DNA of 63,697 nt, filler included. It is 3 parts of 3 records of this genome, joined end to end, with 100 filler letters (N's around TTAATTAATTAA, not from the genome) between each part and the next. Parts side by side here need not be neighbours in the genome. Positions count along the whole stretch, not along the records: positions 56,522 to 63,697 come from SRR20825006_2350; 2 more parts are not named here. One strand, given 5' to 3'. Under the pieces are notes generated by a model, which saw only the letters and a program-made list of their open reading frames with translations, made no database searches and was not told the origin of the DNA. The position numbers and the translations under genes were made by a program. Shown piece by piece: positions 61,100 to 63,697 of this stretch. Positions within the stretch are counted from its first letter, which is position 1. Every line of letters begins with the position of its first letter.

Positions 61100-61198
61100 G
61101 TGCTGCTTTGCCCGTATCAAGATGGAAGGAATTGGTGAATTTTATCAACGCATTGAAAATGGACCTGTTCCGGCCCGATGCAACGCATCAGCCGAAAT

Positions 61199-61918
61199 TT
61201 AACCTTGTATCTCGTCTTCCGCCGTTTCCAGTTGATCAAGCAGCGCATGAACGAACCCCATTTGCCGCCCGTCAAGCCCGCGGGCTTTGGCGGCATCCTG
61301 AAGGGCTTCGGTCGCTTCAAGATGCAGGCGGTAATGCCCGGAATTCTGATCAATCCGATCCATGCGTTGCCGTTCATCACCAAAAACCATGCTTTGGCAA
61401 CGCGGCGCACTCGATGATGTAAAGGCCCGGCAGGTCAGGGGGCGAACGTCATAGATCGTGCATCTTTCATCTGCGCCTAGAAGCGGGCAGCGTGCGCGCA
61501 CTTCGGATGTGGTCTTTGCCTGTTCAATGATCCGTGCTGCCTGGGTCAGACGTTCACGCAATGCCTGCTGTTCGTCTGGCGTAAACGCCTTGCGGATATG
61601 CTCGGCAATCAGGCTGGTGACACCGGGCGGCACCGCAACAAACAGGTGGCAGCACGCACTGCATCCATCCCGGCAGTCGCAATGGGGCTGATGCGGAAAA
61701 CTATCCCGAAGGCTTCGCGACGCCGCATCGACCAGTATCATGGCCGCTTTCGCGGCGTCAGTGATGGTCGGGGCCTGTTCAAGCACACGGGCCAGTTCGG
61801 CGCGAAAGCCCGGAAACATCTCCTCGTATCGGCGCGATGCTTCCGCGGTCAGGGCACCGGTTCGGGAAATATCCCCCGTGATCCGGTCGATTGCGTCGTC
61901 AAGTTTTACCATGACCAT
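61199..61918 (-). CDS. YkgJ family cysteine-cluster protein
   Basis: CRDGCSACC ... CPLL...CTIYDVRPLTCR. Confidence 0.85.
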   Translation of the reverse strand: MVMVKLDDAIDRITGDISRTGALTAEASRRYEEMFPGFRAELARVLEQAPTITDAAKAAMILVDAASRSLRDSFPHQPHCDCRDGCSACCHLFVAVPPGVTSLIAEHIRKAFTPDEQQALRERLTQAARIIEQAKTTSEVRARCPLLGADERCTIYDVRPLTCRAFTSSSAPRCQSMVFGDERQRMDRIDQNSGHYRLHLEATEALQDAAKARGLDGRQMGFVHALLDQLETAEDEIQG

Positions 61919-62417
61919 GCGATTGCCTTTATCCCGATCCCTGTCCGCACACCGGACAGGCTGATACGAAACAGCCTGCTAGCCTTGTCCCATCATGATG
62001 GCTTTAGCACCATTTTCCAAGTACGCGGTTACAACCGGCGGTTCCCAAAAAAACTCTGCCAGAATTCCCAACCGGCAGGGTAGTCTGGTGATCCGTAAAC
62101 CCGCCAAAAGATACGCTCCATCGGAACCGGTTCCGGGCCTTGGGCGGGTTTCGGTTCTCCGAACGGTGCGATTGGCTCCTCGCCATAGGTTCCTCGCCGA
62201 ACTGCTTCTCACCCCTCTGGTCGTTCTGCCACTTCCCGCCACCCGATGAAACTCAACCTGCCGTGATCCTCCCATGCTGCCTCCGACGCGTGGTTCCGCC
62301 AAACTTTGCCGCGCTGGCTCCCTCGGCGGATGTCCCCCGTTTGACGAACACGGAAATCCAAACAGCCGACGGACTCCGGCCCGTCGCACCAGCCGCACCG
62401 GACCATTTGCTCCAACA

Positions 62418-62764
62418 GACCCACCTCCCGCCGCTGTTTGCCACCTGCTGCCCAATTCTGCCAGTCGCGGCAAGCGCTGCCGATCACAATTTCGCCGACT
62501 GCCTCACCAACAAGGCGCACCTCTCCCGTTCTGACCTATCACCAGCGGACCCATCACCAGCCGCTGCTTGCCAAATGCTGCCCGACGCAGCCTAGCCGCT
62601 ACCAGATCGCAATCTCGCCATTACTTTGCTAACAAGACGCACCTCTCCCGTCATGACTCATCTCAGCCACCGCTTGCCAGATGCTACCCGGCGCAGCCCA
62701 GCCGCTGCCGATCACAATTTTACCGGTTGCCTTGCCAACAAGGCGCACTTCTCCCGTCTTGACC
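62418..62764. repeat. Three degenerate tandem repeats of about 106-130 bp
   Basis: Core AACAAG(G/A)CGCAC(C/T)TCTCCCGT at 62509, 62631 and 62737; shared CGCT(G/A)CC..ATC(A/G)CAAT and GCC..TTGCCA..TGCT segments. Confidence 0.8.
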
Positions 62765-62785
62765 TTTGGGTGACCTTGGGGTGGG

Positions 62786-62899
62786 TTAGGACACGGGCGC
62801 AAAACCGCCGTAATGGCTTTTCCACCCGCCGGTCATCATCCGGCGATGTTGCCACCGGATCGGTCTGTCTTTGTGCTGCTGCATCATCATCACTTTCAT
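62786..62899 (-). CDS. Candidate 37-aa small protein
   Basis: MKVMMMQQHKDRPIRWQHRRMMTGGWKSHYGGFAPVS lies downstream of the LexA-box promoter and hairpin; no recognisable homology. Confidence 0.3.
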   Translation of the reverse strand: MKVMMMQQHKDRPIRWQHRRMMTGGWKSHYGGFAPVS

Positions 62900-62912
62900 C
62901 TGGCCCCAAACG

Positions 62913-62949
62913 AAAAAACCCGCAAAGCGAATCACGCTTTGCGGGTTTT
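62913..62949 (-). terminator. Intrinsic terminator
   Basis: AAAAAACCCGCAAAGCG-AATCA-CGCTTTGCGGGTTTT; the longer U-tract is on the minus strand. Confidence 0.8.
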
Positions 62950-62981
62950 GGTCCGGGCGCTTTTATCCCGTTGACTTTTCT

Positions 62982-63014
62982 TTTCTACCACAACAAAAAG
63001 AACAAATCAAGAAC
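62982..63014 (-). promoter_or_regulatory. sigma70-type promoter overlapped by an alphaproteobacterial LexA box
   Basis: Minus strand reads GTTC-TTGATTT-GTTC (GTTC-N7-GTTC, 63014-63000), containing -35 TTGATT, then a 17-nt spacer and extended -10 TGG-TAGAAA. Confidence 0.65.
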
Positions 63015-63123
63015 TTTCTTTGGGCTGCTCAAAAAAACACCGGCCAGAATTTCCGACCGGTGAGAGAGTTTGGCTGTCTGCAAGACAGCAGGGAGACACG
63101 GGAAAACGAAACAGAGTACGCAG

Positions 63124-63696
63124 TTACCCGTTGGCGGATTTGCCGGACGGGGTGGCAAAGGTATCGGCATAATCCTTGCGCAGCTGCGCCTTTTGAATTT
63201 TACCCATCGTGTTGCGCGGCAATTCGTCAAGCATCCAGATGCGTTTGGGCACCTTGAATTTTGCAAGCTTGTCCTGGGTGCGTTTGATGATCGCGTCTGC
63301 ATCGGGCTTGGTGCCCTTGGCCGGGACGATCACCCCGGCAACCGCTTCGCCGAAGTCGGGATGCGGGAGGCCAAAGATCGCGACTTCCTCGACCTCGTCA
63401 TATTCGGCGATGATTTCCTCGACCTCCTTGGGATAGACGTTGAAACCACCCGAAATGATCAGGTCCTTGTCGCGCCCGACGATGGTGACATAACCGTCTG
63501 CGCCGATGGTCGCGAGATCGCCGGTGATAAAGAACCCGTCCGTGCGGAATTCGGATGCGGTTTTTTCCGGCATCTGCCAGTAACCCTTGAAAACGTTGGG
63601 TCCGCGAACTTCAAGCACACCGATTTCACCGACCGGCAAAACATTGCCATCCTTGTCGCAAACCCGCGCCTCGATCCCCGGAAGGGTCGGGCCAAC
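63124..63696 (-). CDS. Acyl-CoA synthetase, malonyl-CoA synthetase (MatB)-like, 5'-truncated
   Basis: RGPNVFKGYWQMPEKT, FITGD, GRDKDLIISGGFNVYP and LPRNTMGKIQK. Confidence 0.88.
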   Translation of the reverse strand, partial: VGPTLPGIEARVCDKDGNVLPVGEIGVLEVRGPNVFKGYWQMPEKTASEFRTDGFFITGDLATIGADGYVTIVGRDKDLIISGGFNVYPKEVEEIIAEYDEVEEVAIFGLPHPDFGEAVAGVIVPAKGTKPDADAIIKRTQDKLAKFKVPKRIWMLDELPRNTMGKIQKAQLRKDYADTFATPSGKSANG

Positions 63697-63697
63697 C

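Noticed and set aside
62418-62764. Possible CRISPR array
   Set aside because: Repeats are degenerate, the spacers are too long and similar to each other, and no cas genes are present.
61979-63302. Many overlapping 60-164 aa ORFs
   Set aside because: No motifs, mutually overlapping, and expected by chance at high GC; the repeat spacing breaks frame.
1-63697. tRNA, rRNA, IS elements, integrases, prophage genes
   Set aside because: None recognised by eye; a tRNAscan/Rfam/ISEScan run would be needed to exclude them formally.

Overview
The window joins three contigs with artificial N44-TTAATTAATTAA-N44 linkers (29257-29356, 56422-56521). Contigs 1 and 2 (1-56421) look like a Flavobacteriaceae/Bacteroidota genome: TAnnTTTG promoters, a T9SS cargo protein, TonB receptors, clpB, sbcCD, fmt, recQ, murA, a photolyase operon, a PIG-L/SSS operon, PadR-PspC and oxyR. 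Contig 3 (56522-63697) is GC-rich and alphaproteobacterial-looking (dxs, siderophore TonB receptor, SDR, YkgJ, MatB-like ligase), so it probably comes from a different organism. The main accessory feature is an AT-rich five-gene operon after clpB (4790-8807): four TIR-domain genes (two ThsB-like paralogs, one with an extra N-terminal domain; a TIR_2; a multidomain TIR) plus a stand-alone SLOG gene, with no SIR2, Macro/TM or caspase effector. It resembles a Thoeris type III-like anti-phage locus and is followed by a small unknown ORF and a ParDE-type toxin-antitoxin pair. Other signals include a sigma54-type promoter at clpB, several small ORFs missed by the ORF track, and in contig 3 a LexA-box promoter with a short terminated leader and a 37-aa ORF next to degenerate ~110-bp repeats. 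Family assignments come from motifs recognised by eye; no database search was run.
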